Source of the DNA: an uncultured virus (IMG/VR IMGVR_UViG_3300025287_000001)
Taxonomy: Duplodnaviria > Heunggongvirae > Uroviricota > Caudoviricetes
Direction: 5' to 3' (one strand)
IMG/VR virus record: IMGVR_UViG_3300025287_000001
Length of the DNA stretch: 64,000 bases
Shown here: piece after piece, positions 30,715 through 40,516 of the stretch
Position numbering within the stretch: the first letter of the stretch is position 1
Layout of the letters: each line of letters opens with the position of its first letter
Notes under the pieces: model-generated
The model's input: the letters and a program-made list of their open reading frames with translations, nothing else
Told to the model about the DNA's origin: nothing
Database searches by the model: none
Translations under genes and position numbers: made by a program

Positions 30715-31492
30715 AATATTCTGTCCCGCTGTAAGGGCAAAAGCAGCCCCTGTTTTTCCATTTTGACAAAAACTCTAGATTTGTTTTCATCATACCCATT
30801 CTGTGATGCAAGCTTTTGTAAGCTTTGTTTACTGCGCTCTCGGAGCTTTCTATCTTTACGGCTGTCGGCTCTCTTGGCTTATCCTTTCTCAATAGTACAA
30901 AGTATGTGTCTATTATGTCAAGAGGTATATCACACTTTTTATTAAAGAAATACTTGTACAGGAGAAGTTGATTATAGACCTCGGGATCTTCCCTCTTCTT
31001 GGGGTGCCAATCTTTCTTGGATGTCTTCCAATCTATAATGACATATCTCCCAGCTTTTGTCTTAATGATCAAGTCTATGAAGCCAGTAAACTTCTTCTCT
31101 CTTCCTTCAACCTCCTCCATTAATTCAAGTTCTCTGTGGATAACCTCAAAACCAGAGGGAAACGTCTCCAAGAGAAACTCATGTATAACTTCGTAATAAT
31201 CGCTTGCAAGACCTCTAAGGTCTAATAGTTCTTCCTCATCAGGAGGGTTATTGTATTCATCCGTGAGGAGTTTTATCCTATCATCATATATCTTAAGAGG
31301 ATCTACTTCGTTCTCTTTCCCGACGAAATTCTCCATACCGAGGTGAATAGCATCACCAAAATCGAGATAAATGACATCTTCTTCTAGCTTGATTCTTTCT
31401 TTGTACCTTAGTCTATATCTTCTAGAACACTCTCCATAAGTTCTGTACTGAGTGTAAGACACATAATCTATCTTGTTTTCTTCTTCTTCCAT
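30707..31492 (-). CDS. PD-(D/E)XK nuclease, Cas4/RecB/AddB-like, probable Fe-S cysteines
   Basis: VSYTQ..C..FGDAIH..ELEL..GFIDLI..IIDWKTS..QLLLY..CFCPYSGTEYC. Confidence 0.85.
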   Translation of the reverse strand: MEEEENKIDYVSYTQYRTYGECSRRYRLRYKERIKLEEDVIYLDFGDAIHLGMENFVGKENEVDPLKIYDDRIKLLTDEYNNPPDEEELLDLRGLASDYYEVIHEFLLETFPSGFEVIHRELELMEEVEGREKKFTGFIDLIIKTKAGRYVIIDWKTSKKDWHPKKREDPEVYNQLLLYKYFFNKKCDIPLDIIDTYFVLLRKDKPREPTAVKIESSESAVNKAYKSLHHRMGMMKTNLEFLSKWKNRGCFCPYSGTEYCG

Positions 31493-31504
31493 ATCACCTA
31501 CCAG

Positions 31505-31533
31505 AAAAGCCTGGAGGGTTGCTCCAGGCTTTT
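31505..31533. terminator. Bidirectional intrinsic terminator
   Basis: AAAAGCCTGGAG-GGTTG-CTCCAGGCTTTT. Confidence 0.75.
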
Positions 31534-31688
31534 CACATGCTTTATTGACCGGAACCGCGCAGTTACTTCGTTATCGGGCGATGGCCTTAGCGCTTTTGCA
31601 AGATCTCTTAACCTTGCCAATTTAATAATCAAATATAACAACAGGGCTCGTTTAACCAATTTTCCCTAAGTCAACAAGAGCACTTTTC

Positions 31689-31850
31689 TCAACCAAATAG
31701 AAGTTTAACATTCTTGTTGGCTGATTCCTTGATATCTTCTTTATCGCTATCTTCCTCAACAACATCAATGATTATGCTCTTGAGTTCTTCTTCGCTGATA
31801 TCTTTATTGCTTATCTTCTTCAGTATTTCTTTTTTCTTGCTCTTTTCCAA
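31689..31850 (-). CDS. Small charged protein (53 aa, not in ORF track)
   Basis: AAGGAG SD 7 nt before TTG; MEKSKKKEILKKISNKDISEEELKSIIIDVVEED..KLLFG. Confidence 0.65.
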   Translation of the reverse strand: MEKSKKKEILKKISNKDISEEELKSIIIDVVEEDSDKEDIKESANKNVKLLFG

Positions 31851-32184
31851 CGCTTTGCTCCTTTGGTTTAGATCTCCTTTGTGGAGATTTTAATTCAAAA
31901 ACCCACAAGCCTTTTGCTTTCTCGACGCCTCTACCGTTAGTGTAACCATTGTTCACTTCATCGGTAACGTGGCAGCTCTCTATCTTGTATTTAGTGTACT
32001 TATTGGAAATATACTGAAATACGTGAGAAGTGTTAACCCTCTCTACCTTCTCCTCAAGCGATCTCCTGGGGTGCATTGTGCCGTGAAAGTGAAGGAAATT
32101 CTTATCTCTATCCTTGATGATCTCAATATCGTAAGTCATCAAGGTTGATATATCTTTGTACTTTGATCTCTTTAGTCTCTGCAT
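31804..32184 (-). CDS. Hypothetical protein
   Basis: Coupled ORF. Confidence 0.65.
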   Translation of the reverse strand: MQRLKRSKYKDISTLMTYDIEIIKDRDKNFLHFHGTMHPRRSLEEKVERVNTSHVFQYISNKYTKYKIESCHVTDEVNNGYTNGRGVEKAKGLWVFELKSPQRRSKPKEQSVGKEQEKRNTEEDKQ

Positions 32185-32825
32185 TATCTGCTTTCCTCGA
32201 ACAACTGTTTCAGTTTCTCTAGTAGTTTCGGGCTTACCGCCTCCAATCTTCTGGCGGCTTGTGGGTCTGTGGCGTATCTCTCAAACGCTGTCGCGTAGTA
32301 TTCTCTGAGCGAAGTTACTGAATACGGATCGAGAAAAATTCCCGATATAAGCGATCTTAGCTTATCGTATCCGATGTAGTCAAGTAGAAAAAGATCATTT
32401 TCTTTACTGTAAGAAAGCTCCTCTATATCGAAACTTGAAACATCATAACCATGAACTTCGAGCTTTCTTGTTAACGCCTTCCTCTTCGAAATAAATTCTT
32501 TAATGACCTGTTCATCTCCATATAAAAGATCAAAGTTATTCTCTTCAACAGCGTGTCCTATTTCGTGAATAAGAGACAAAAATAGTTCTTCATTTGATTT
32601 AATATCTCTATCAATGTAAACTATTCCAGAATCGTAGAGGGAGTAGATACCTAAACTATCTTGTATTTCATAATCCCCAACTCTGATTTCCTTAACAAAA
32701 GAGAGGTGAGACTGTGGTAGAGTTTCTAGAATTTTATATACAATTTGTTCCAATGGTGCTTCTAGCTTGGAGCCTCCGGTCACTTTAATGTGACCGATTC
32801 TCTTGAACTCAGAAAGTATCTTCAT
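32184..32825 (-). CDS. Zinc metallopeptidase-like (HEXXH) protein
   Basis: LIHEIGHAVE plus downstream REYYATAF. Confidence 0.7.
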   Translation of the reverse strand: MKILSEFKRIGHIKVTGGSKLEAPLEQIVYKILETLPQSHLSFVKEIRVGDYEIQDSLGIYSLYDSGIVYIDRDIKSNEELFLSLIHEIGHAVEENNFDLLYGDEQVIKEFISKRKALTRKLEVHGYDVSSFDIEELSYSKENDLFLLDYIGYDKLRSLISGIFLDPYSVTSLREYYATAFERYATDPQAARRLEAVSPKLLEKLKQLFEESR

Positions 32826-34150
32826 AACAATTCCGAAGCCAAAGTTGCAAGCTCTGATCTCTCTCCTTTTTGCAGAGTAATATGCCCAAATATATCCTGT
32901 CCCTGGAAGGCGTTGACCGCGATGGCAAGGCCATTTGTGTGTTCGCTAATTGACCTGTTGTCAATCTGCTCTACATCCCCTGTGAGGACAATCTTGGAGC
33001 CTTCTCCTGCCCTGGTAAGAATAGTCTTTACCATGTGTAGATTCAGGTTCTGAGCCTCGTCAACGATGATAAAAGCATTCTTGAGAGATCTACCTCTGAT
33101 GTATGTCGGGGCCTCGATTTCAAAAGAGCCATTATCCAGCATGAAATCTAATTTGCTAGCTTCTCCAGACATAAGAACATCAATGTTGTCGTAAATCGGA
33201 GACATCCATTCCCTCATCTTTTCAAACTTATCACCGGGCAAGAAGCCAATATCCTCACCAGCGGGGACAGGGGGTCTCGTTACAATTATTTTATCATAAG
33301 TCTTGCTACTCTTGAAAATAGTTGTTTGTTCTAGTGCTGATGCTAAAGCAAGAAATGTTTTACCACAGCCTGCCTTGCCAGTCATGGTTACAAGCTTGAT
33401 ATCTTCATCCATAAGCAAATCGAGAGCACAACACTGTTCTAGGTTTCTTGGCTTTTCCTTCCAAACAGGTTCTTGTTTGTAGTCTCTAACCCTTAAGAAA
33501 GTGTTGTTACCTCGATACCTTAACAAACATTGTTTGTTCAAAAAACCTTCAGACTTTACAATAACAAACTCGTTTACAGAAAGATTATTAGGTTCAATTG
33601 AAAGAAAAATTGGTTCTTTGTAGTGATAATCAAATAAAGAATTAAATTCTTTATCTTCAATGTAGTATTCTACTTCTGAAAAGCCTTGAAAAGATTCCTT
33701 AGAGACTTTTCTATCTAAAAGTCTATATTCTTCAAACTTAAGGCTCTTGCAATTTGCCTTGATCTGCACTACCAAATCGTTAGTTAGAACAACTACTTCT
33801 TCTTTGCTTCCTAACTTATCTTTTATAGTGTTAATATCTTTAGCAATAACAATAACTTCATTATCTGCGTTATACTCTAGTCCTTCAAAAAGTTCTTTTG
33901 CTGGGGATTGGGTGAATATCTCAGACTCTTCATAAGGCACTCCTGTAGAGAGATTTCCCTTAAGAGCTAACTCTTTAATGAACTTAATATTTTGCCTAGC
34001 ATTATAGCCTATAGCATTCATTTTAGTCTTAAAATTATCTAGTTCTTGAATTACTAGACTAGGAATGATTATAGATCCCTTTAGAGTCTTTAAGACATTA
34101 GGATCTTCCAGAAGAATATTGGTATCAACAACGTACCACTTCTTATTCAC
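32822..34150 (-). CDS. phoH: PIN domain + PhoH ATPase (PhoH2-type)
   Basis: VVDTNILL PIN motif; GKAGCGKT; IGFLPG; YIRGRSL; IIVDEAQN; LTGDVEQID; ERSELA. Confidence 0.92.
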   Translation of the reverse strand: MNKKWYVVDTNILLEDPNVLKTLKGSIIIPSLVIQELDNFKTKMNAIGYNARQNIKFIKELALKGNLSTGVPYEESEIFTQSPAKELFEGLEYNADNEVIVIAKDINTIKDKLGSKEEVVVLTNDLVVQIKANCKSLKFEEYRLLDRKVSKESFQGFSEVEYYIEDKEFNSLFDYHYKEPIFLSIEPNNLSVNEFVIVKSEGFLNKQCLLRYRGNNTFLRVRDYKQEPVWKEKPRNLEQCCALDLLMDEDIKLVTMTGKAGCGKTFLALASALEQTTIFKSSKTYDKIIVTRPPVPAGEDIGFLPGDKFEKMREWMSPIYDNIDVLMSGEASKLDFMLDNGSFEIEAPTYIRGRSLKNAFIIVDEAQNLNLHMVKTILTRAGEGSKIVLTGDVEQIDNRSISEHTNGLAIAVNAFQGQDIFGHITLQKGERSELATLASELL

Positions 34151-34468
34151 TTATTTTTCTCGCACTTGAGTATAGTATTTCTTCACTGTTTTTCTGTTCA
34201 ACCCCATCATTTCTGAGGCTGCTTTCATAGATCCTCTGTTGAGATCTATGAAGAATTTTACTACATAAGATTTAAGTTGGTCAAGTAGAATTTTTCCTAG
34301 CTTCCCTCCAGTATAAAAATCTAAGAGTCTAGGCTCTACTAGGTTAACATAGAGCTTCAAGTAGACTAACTCCTCCAGAGGAATTTCCTTTAACTTTTCC
34401 TCCAGAGAAAAAGAAATGTTATTCTTCTCCTTAATTCTTTCTACTTCTCTTTCTACTTCTTTATACAT
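34151..34468 (-). CDS. Fis-like helix-turn-helix protein
   Basis: C-terminal NRGSMKAASEMMGLNRKTVKKY. Confidence 0.7.
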   Translation of the reverse strand: MYKEVEREVERIKEKNNISFSLEEKLKEIPLEELVYLKLYVNLVEPRLLDFYTGGKLGKILLDQLKSYVVKFFIDLNRGSMKAASEMMGLNRKTVKKYYTQVREK

Positions 34469-34473
34469 TCTTA

Positions 34474-34607
34474 TTCTAGAGTCTCTATAGTTCTTATTCT
34501 AGTAATCTTTCTACTTCTTCTAGAGTCTCTATAGTTCTTATTCTAGTAATCTTTCTACTTCTTCTAGAGTCTCTATAGTTCTTATTCTAGTAATCTTTCT
34601 ACTTCTT
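34474..34607. repeat. Three tandem 44-bp direct repeats followed by degenerate AT-rich copies
   Basis: TAGAGTCTCTATAGTTCTTATTCTAGTAATCTTTCTACTTCTT starts at 34477, 34521, 34565. Confidence 0.95.
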
Positions 34608-34770
34608 TAAGACTTTAAAAGAATTAAGAATTACTTAGTAATACTTCTATTAACTCTTCTAGTTCTTATTCTAGTAATTCTTAATAGTTATTCTTTCTAC
34701 TTCTTTAGTATTACTAAGTAATTCTTAATAGTTATTTATATTAACTAATATCTACTTCTTTATTAGCCAT

Positions 34771-34805
34771 CCCCCCTTACCCCCTTACGGCCCCCTTTGT
34801 CCCCC
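34771..34805 (-). other. Four G5-6 tracts, potential G-quadruplex
   Basis: C-runs on + strand at 34771, 34780, 34791, 34801. Confidence 0.6.
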
Positions 34806-34832
34806 TTCCGCAGAGAATAGTCAAGCTGTTTT

Positions 34833-35204
34833 TTAATTTTCCATGAAATCTCGGATGCGCTCGATTAACTCAGGCTTGTTGCCGGAACTATCGAGGCCAA
34901 GCTCTTCACACTTCGCAACGAGATCTTTTTTGTAGCCGTTTTCTAGCAAATCTTCCAAATCTTGCCCGACAACACCTTCAACTTCTTCTAAATCGTCCTT
35001 CTCGCTCATTTCTGGCTCTTCTGACGGCTTAGAATCTTCTTTGGGCATATCGAGTCGTGTTTCGTTCTCGATGGCCTTAGGATCGCTCTGAGGCTCTTCT
35101 ACGTTTTTGCCTGAATTGGCTTTCTCTTCAGCTTGCCTTTTTTCTTCGGCGGCCATTTTTCTCAGCAAAAGTTTCTTCATTCTTCTTCTTCTTGGGTTTC
35201 CCAT
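34833..35204 (-). CDS. SAP-domain DNA-binding protein
   Basis: KKDLVAKCEELGLDSSGNKPELIERI. Confidence 0.75.
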   Translation of the reverse strand: MGNPRRRRMKKLLLRKMAAEEKRQAEEKANSGKNVEEPQSDPKAIENETRLDMPKEDSKPSEEPEMSEKDDLEEVEGVVGQDLEDLLENGYKKDLVAKCEELGLDSSGNKPELIERIRDFMEN

Positions 35205-36025
35205 TACTGTTCTCCAAAGATGTTGTCTTGGTTTACGTCTTCACTGTTGTTAGTGGAGTCACCATCGTCCACGATGTTATCTAGTGCATCGTTACCTAAA
35301 TCATTATCTACAAACATCTCATCTTCGAACTTTTCGAAGTAGAGTCTTACGTTAGATAATAGAAACTCCATAAAGACTTCTCTATCTTGTTTGTTGCTTA
35401 ACTTCTCGTATGCCTTTGAGATTTGGCTATCAATTTTGTCAATAGTGTCATTGGCAAACATCCTCCCAGTTCTTTCGTCAGGAGCTTCGTCTGCATAGAT
35501 ATCTTTTTCTTGTTCTTCGTCATCTGGGGTTTGGGACTCTTTTGATTTGCTGTGGATGTCGATGAATTTCTGAACATCATCTAGTTCTGGCTCAGTCGCC
35601 ACGTCGTCCTCCACAGCGACATCAATCTCTCCATCCCTGTCTGGGTCCATGTCCGGTACTTCATCGTCCTCTACGGCCTCAGAAAGGCCCTTCTGAGTGT
35701 AGATATCATACTCTTGGATCGTGTTCTGGAGTCCTAACAGAATATGCTTCCTGAACGCTTGACGCTGCTCTACGTTTGTCGTAAGCTGTTTGTAGTCGCT
35801 TTCGAGCGTGGGGATAATCCGCTTCAAGAGATCCCTAAGGACATTAATCCCTGTAAACTCGTAAGGCTTCTTGTCTCCTTCTAGCTCTGCCTCGAAAAGA
35901 TATTTCCTAATTCCTTCTCTCAAGACATTAACCTTCTTGCGCTTTTCTAAGGCTTCATTAAGATGCTTGATTTTAAACTGCAAAACTCTTTTAGAGATTA
36001 CATTATTGATTGGCTTTCTTTTCAT
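35204..36025 (-). CDS. Acidic protein, probable internal head/scaffold protein
   Basis: LNE/LRE/LFE/LSE motifs; acidic linker. Confidence 0.6.
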   Translation of the reverse strand: MKRKPINNVISKRVLQFKIKHLNEALEKRKKVNVLREGIRKYLFEAELEGDKKPYEFTGINVLRDLLKRIIPTLESDYKQLTTNVEQRQAFRKHILLGLQNTIQEYDIYTQKGLSEAVEDDEVPDMDPDRDGEIDVAVEDDVATEPELDDVQKFIDIHSKSKESQTPDDEEQEKDIYADEAPDERTGRMFANDTIDKIDSQISKAYEKLSNKQDREVFMEFLLSNVRLYFEKFEDEMFVDNDLGNDALDNIVDDGDSTNNSEDVNQDNIFGEQ

Positions 36026-36371
36026 ATCCGCCCTCTAATCTTCTTAGTATTGTAGTCAGCATATCATCTTTATCCTCCTCTCCCATCTTTACTGGAGCAA
36101 AGGAAATAGATCCTGCTGACATTGCGTTCATTTCTTTAAGGATGATGTTGTCAACCTTCTCCATCAATTCTTTTTTTAGTTTGGGAGAGGGTTTTGTCTT
36201 TTCACTTACAGACTCATTAAGTTTATCAACAAACATAAACTCAAAATATGAATCATCATCGCTTATATTATACTTCTCGCACTTTAACATAAAAGCCTTG
36301 TATTTGTCTATATCACTAGACAAGTAAAACTCTTTAACTTCTTTTACTAATGTATTTGTTTTTATATTCAT
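36003..36371 (-). CDS. Hypothetical, probable head protein
   Basis: VKE/LNE/LKE motifs. Confidence 0.55.
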   Translation of the reverse strand: MNIKTNTLVKEVKEFYLSSDIDKYKAFMLKCEKYNISDDDSYFEFMFVDKLNESVSEKTKPSPKLKKELMEKVDNIILKEMNAMSAGSISFAPVKMGEEDKDDMLTTILRRLEGGYEKKANQ

Positions 36372-37612
36372 TGCAGTTCACCACTATTGTAAGCGAATGG
36401 AAGTGTTATATCTTTTTGCCAAGGGAAGGCGTAATGCTCCCCGCACTTCAACATTGGGCTGTCTTCATCAAACATCTGTGCTTGAGCTAACTCTTTTCTG
36501 AAGTCACCTTCAGGAAATACTTGCACTAAAGCTTGCTCATGAGAATTACCCTTCGTACCACTTGACCCAGAACCGTTTGTTATCTCAGGGATGGCCCAAT
36601 CAAGGTCTCCTTCGTCTGGCCCGCTCCTTAGTTTGTAATTTTCTGGAGTGAAGGTCTTTGTTTTTGATAAATCATAATACCTTCTTGTGCCTCCTGCGTC
36701 AAACGCTATTGCCTGTTCTGTTGTGTAGGAGAGGTCTGTAGTTGCATTGTATTCGATAGCATAATTTACTAAATTAGCCTTGATAGCATCTGTATCTCCT
36801 GATCCAGGCCTACCGCCTTCGCCAAGTTGAGTTACCATTCTAATAGCCATACTAGAATCTGGAGTGGTAAATATGGTAAGGGTTTTTCGTGTATTGTCGA
36901 GACACGTAGAGAAGTATGAATAAGTCTGACCGCCAGTTCCGATGTTTGGGAAGAACATTCCTGGCAATGCGTTCCCTGTGGAGGTGTCGCGATCCCAATT
37001 TACCATTCTTTTCAAGGAAGCAGTTGTTGACGGGTCCTCGACTGTGAGAACAAAGCCGTCTCCGCCTGTGTATGTGTACTCTGTAGTGTCATCGAACTCG
37101 TAGTCGAAAGAAGTTTCGCTATCACCATCTGCTCTATCGAAATCAGGATCGTAGAAAACAGTTATCCCATATTCTGAACCCAAGTTGTTTCCCGGGTCTA
37201 TCGCATCAATAGGATCTCCTGCATCTTGTACGTAATATTCTACTTCAGTAGTGCTGCCAGAAATATATTCATGAATCAAGGGAGGAGTGGAGACATTGTT
37301 AAGCCCCAATCCCGTTATGAACAGCCAAGAGCGCGGCCTGGGAGAACCTGCGGATGAATCTGTATCAACTAATATGAAACCTAGTCCGTATTCATTAGAG
37401 CCAAGGCTCCAACAAAATATATCTGATACTTTAATCTCTCCACTCAGAGAGGCTGTTGCAATATCTGTTCTGAGTTTATCCCTCCAGCTTATAAAGGGAT
37501 TATTTGTCAGAGATAATTCATCAAATGCAACAGAACCAGCGCCACCTATCGCATAATAATCTGAAAATAATCTAAAGTTTGTGCTTACCAAATTTGAAGC
37601 TATTCTAGCCAT
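36368..37612 (-). CDS. Hypothetical beta-rich virion protein
   Basis: 414-aa G/S/T/D-rich ORF with SD (AGGAG). Confidence 0.65.
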   Translation of the reverse strand: MARIASNLVSTNFRLFSDYYAIGGAGSVAFDELSLTNNPFISWRDKLRTDIATASLSGEIKVSDIFCWSLGSNEYGLGFILVDTDSSAGSPRPRSWLFITGLGLNNVSTPPLIHEYISGSTTEVEYYVQDAGDPIDAIDPGNNLGSEYGITVFYDPDFDRADGDSETSFDYEFDDTTEYTYTGGDGFVLTVEDPSTTASLKRMVNWDRDTSTGNALPGMFFPNIGTGGQTYSYFSTCLDNTRKTLTIFTTPDSSMAIRMVTQLGEGGRPGSGDTDAIKANLVNYAIEYNATTDLSYTTEQAIAFDAGGTRRYYDLSKTKTFTPENYKLRSGPDEGDLDWAIPEITNGSGSSGTKGNSHEQALVQVFPEGDFRKELAQAQMFDEDSPMLKCGEHYAFPWQKDITLPFAYNSGELQ

Positions 37613-37624
37613 TTGTTACTCCTG

Positions 37625-40516
37625 TTATATCGTTACAAGCGACCTTAAGGCAGTCACTTCTGAAGAGTCATATTCTTTGTCATCGAAGAACATGCCTTGC
37701 ATTATAAAATCTGCGTATTGAGATGTCCCATCTCTAAGTGCGATCGGCAATTCAGTTATATCGTGAGAGCCTGACTCTTGTGTTATTGCAGATGTATCCT
37801 CTGATACGCCGTCAATATATAGTGTCATGTTAGATCCATCTCCTATTACAACTGCATCAAAAAAAGTAGAGGTAGGGGCGGTTACAAAATCATATTCTAC
37901 TAAACCAAGAGATGCACCTGCCGAATCATACATTTCAAACCTATACCTAGTTGAAGAATCATATAGACCGCTAAAGACTCCCCTTCCTGTGCCATCACTA
38001 GACATTATAAATGTTGCGCTATATGAGCCTACATCTGCGACTATACTTTGCAGATTCACTCTTACTGCATGTGCGAAAATTCCCGTTTCTGTTGCTGCAC
38101 GAAGCGCCTCTGTCGTGTCGGATATCATAAAGTTAGAGTTTGTCGAGTTATCCATATCAACACCAGTTGCGACACTTTGAGGATCTGTAGTAACCCCGCC
38201 AGAGGCAAAGCTTAACTCTTTAGAGGAATAGTTTGACCAATCGCTTACATCAGAACCACTAGGGATGGTTAGGTTTTCATCTCCATATAACCATATGTCA
38301 GCATCTCTAAATTTGTTTGAAGTCTGAGATTCTGTTGTTACGCTTTGCGCTACTTGCACTAGTGATGTTTGATTTGTGCTCTTTATCTCTGGATAGCTAT
38401 CTGCACCATAATGAGTGATGCGATCCAGGGTAACTTCTGAGGTCGTTGTTATATCCGGCTCGGGGAGCAGTGTAGATGTTTGACTTGTGCTTTTTATCTC
38501 TGGATAACTATCTGCCCCATAGAGCGTTACCCTGTCTACAGGTTCACTAGACGATATCGTAGGACTCATACTGCAAACAGGAACGACGTTACTCAAGAAT
38601 GCTCTTAGAGAACACAATTCATCATAATCACTCTCCACCTCAGCGAGACTTCTAGCTTCTTGCCATATGTAGAAAGATTTTAATTTCCCAATAAATTCAT
38701 TAGAATTGGAGTCTTGAGATGTTCCCAAAGTTATGGTGCTGGAGTCTCCGTCATTGTAGTTAGAAGCGGAGCTAGTAAATGTATCTGATAAAGCCTCAGC
38801 ACCCTCTAAGTAGAGAACCATATCTCCGGTCGTGAAGTCCCACGTAACTTGAAGAATATCATATCCGCTATCGCTAGGCTTGTAGCCCACAGAAGAGGTT
38901 GTAAGAGCAGATCCGTCTGCTGACCTACCACTGATCTGTATTGCGTCTTCTTTGACTTCTACGTGGATTCTAGGGGTATTTGCGTCTGAGTTGAGGCTGG
39001 CGTAGAATAGCGATTTATAAGTTGAGGAGGTTTCATTTTTGATAATAAAAGATACACTGAGACCTGGGACATCTGAGAGTATCGAAGGATCTACATCAAA
39101 CCATGAGTTTCCTGCATCAGTAAATTCGATGGTGTGGTTTTCTTCGTCCCACTCCAAAAATTCAGCAGGTTGGCTTGCTCCTGTCGCGGAAAGATCATAC
39201 TTGTTTTCTCTTTCATAAAGATAGGATGTCACATCACCGGAGATGTTAACAGCATCTCCTGTATAGCAGTATAATTGACCTAGGTCAGGAGATATTGTTG
39301 CGCCTTCTATATCAAAGCTGTTATTTTGTTCGAATAATTCTTGAACTCTTGTTCTGTTATCCAAATCAAGGAAAGAATCAGAAGCAGTAATTCCGGTTAT
39401 TCTTCCGTTCCACTCCCCGTTAGAGGCGTTAATGAACTGACCTATCCTAAAAGATTCTTCATGTTCTGACTCTCCTGTGTCTACTTGAGAATCAACATCT
39501 ACTTGAGATCCATCATAGAACAAATATACATTAGAAGTGTCCCCCTGAACAAATACAGTGTGGAAATCATTGTCTGCGCCTGGACTATGGGTTAGCGTCG
39601 TAGATACTGCACCTGCTCCATTGTATAAATTGAACTCTATATCTGCCAATGAGTTTGTTAGCTTTAACTCTATTCCTTGAGCGGCATTATTAGAACAGAA
39701 AAGTAAAGCCTCGCCTGTGGCGCTGTCAACTCTGTATCTGATGCCAATAGAAAACTCCCCTGCCGACAAAGACCCAGTTACTAAATCAGTAGAATCTTCT
39801 ATTTGATAGTAATTTCTGTTATCTGAGTTTGAAAATGTTACGCCAAAGCCATTAGGATCTACATTACTTCTAGTGTCTTGAGCGATTATATCATATGATG
39901 ATGATGCTTGGTTTGACCAAGTTTCTAAATCATCATTAACAGAATCTATAAGTTCTCCCGTAGAGTCTAGAAGAGTAGTAGAATAAATTGAGGCAGCCAG
40001 CGTTAAGTTGGATAAATCACTGGCGTCAAATATTGAATCTCCGATCTTATCTATAACAATAATTGCAGTATCTGTACCGAGTACATTTGTCGCAGTTAGT
40101 GTTAGTATTTCTGGCTGGGTTATTTGTATTTGAGTGCTGTTGCTGGAAAGGGTTCCGTCAAGAGCGGTGGTGGAATCTGTTGAGGATAATGTAAGAGAAT
40201 TTGCCCTATCAAGCAATGTCCAGGCAAGGGTTACTACAGCCCCGTAAGAGTATACTTGCCTTGGGAATACACAATCTCCACTAGAATTAGAAACCGTGAA
40301 GCTTGTTATGTATGGTATAAAATCTACAATCTCATTAAAAGTACCGTCTTCCATTACGAAGTTTTTGGAGGTAGAGTATGCACCTCTGTACCTTATGTTT
40401 GGAACACCATTGAGGCCTTTAGAAAATGGGACCTGTACCAATCCGCCAAGCTTATCGTATTGATCGCTTAGTTGGTCTAGGTTATAAATTTTGATTGTAT
40501 ATTTATCATCAATCAT
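37625..40516 (-). CDS. Virion surface protein with three LamG-like domains
   Basis: Repeated LFYDGS/LYLEGA/LYIDGV and WNGRI/FIGKL patterns; internal repeat with 37-aa period. Confidence 0.7.
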   Translation of the reverse strand: MIDDKYTIKIYNLDQLSDQYDKLGGLVQVPFSKGLNGVPNIRYRGAYSTSKNFVMEDGTFNEIVDFIPYITSFTVSNSSGDCVFPRQVYSYGAVVTLAWTLLDRANSLTLSSTDSTTALDGTLSSNSTQIQITQPEILTLTATNVLGTDTAIIVIDKIGDSIFDASDLSNLTLAASIYSTTLLDSTGELIDSVNDDLETWSNQASSSYDIIAQDTRSNVDPNGFGVTFSNSDNRNYYQIEDSTDLVTGSLSAGEFSIGIRYRVDSATGEALLFCSNNAAQGIELKLTNSLADIEFNLYNGAGAVSTTLTHSPGADNDFHTVFVQGDTSNVYLFYDGSQVDVDSQVDTGESEHEESFRIGQFINASNGEWNGRITGITASDSFLDLDNRTRVQELFEQNNSFDIEGATISPDLGQLYCYTGDAVNISGDVTSYLYERENKYDLSATGASQPAEFLEWDEENHTIEFTDAGNSWFDVDPSILSDVPGLSVSFIIKNETSSTYKSLFYASLNSDANTPRIHVEVKEDAIQISGRSADGSALTTSSVGYKPSDSGYDILQVTWDFTTGDMVLYLEGAEALSDTFTSSASNYNDGDSSTITLGTSQDSNSNEFIGKLKSFYIWQEARSLAEVESDYDELCSLRAFLSNVVPVCSMSPTISSSEPVDRVTLYGADSYPEIKSTSQTSTLLPEPDITTTSEVTLDRITHYGADSYPEIKSTNQTSLVQVAQSVTTESQTSNKFRDADIWLYGDENLTIPSGSDVSDWSNYSSKELSFASGGVTTDPQSVATGVDMDNSTNSNFMISDTTEALRAATETGIFAHAVRVNLQSIVADVGSYSATFIMSSDGTGRGVFSGLYDSSTRYRFEMYDSAGASLGLVEYDFVTAPTSTFFDAVVIGDGSNMTLYIDGVSEDTSAITQESGSHDITELPIALRDGTSQYADFIMQGMFFDDKEYDSSEVTALRSLVTI

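Noticed and set aside
34474..34607. CRISPR array (repeats ~3 kb from a Cas4-like gene)
   Set aside because: Repeats are head-to-tail with no unique spacers, and no other cas genes are visible; stand-alone Cas4-like nucleases are common in phages
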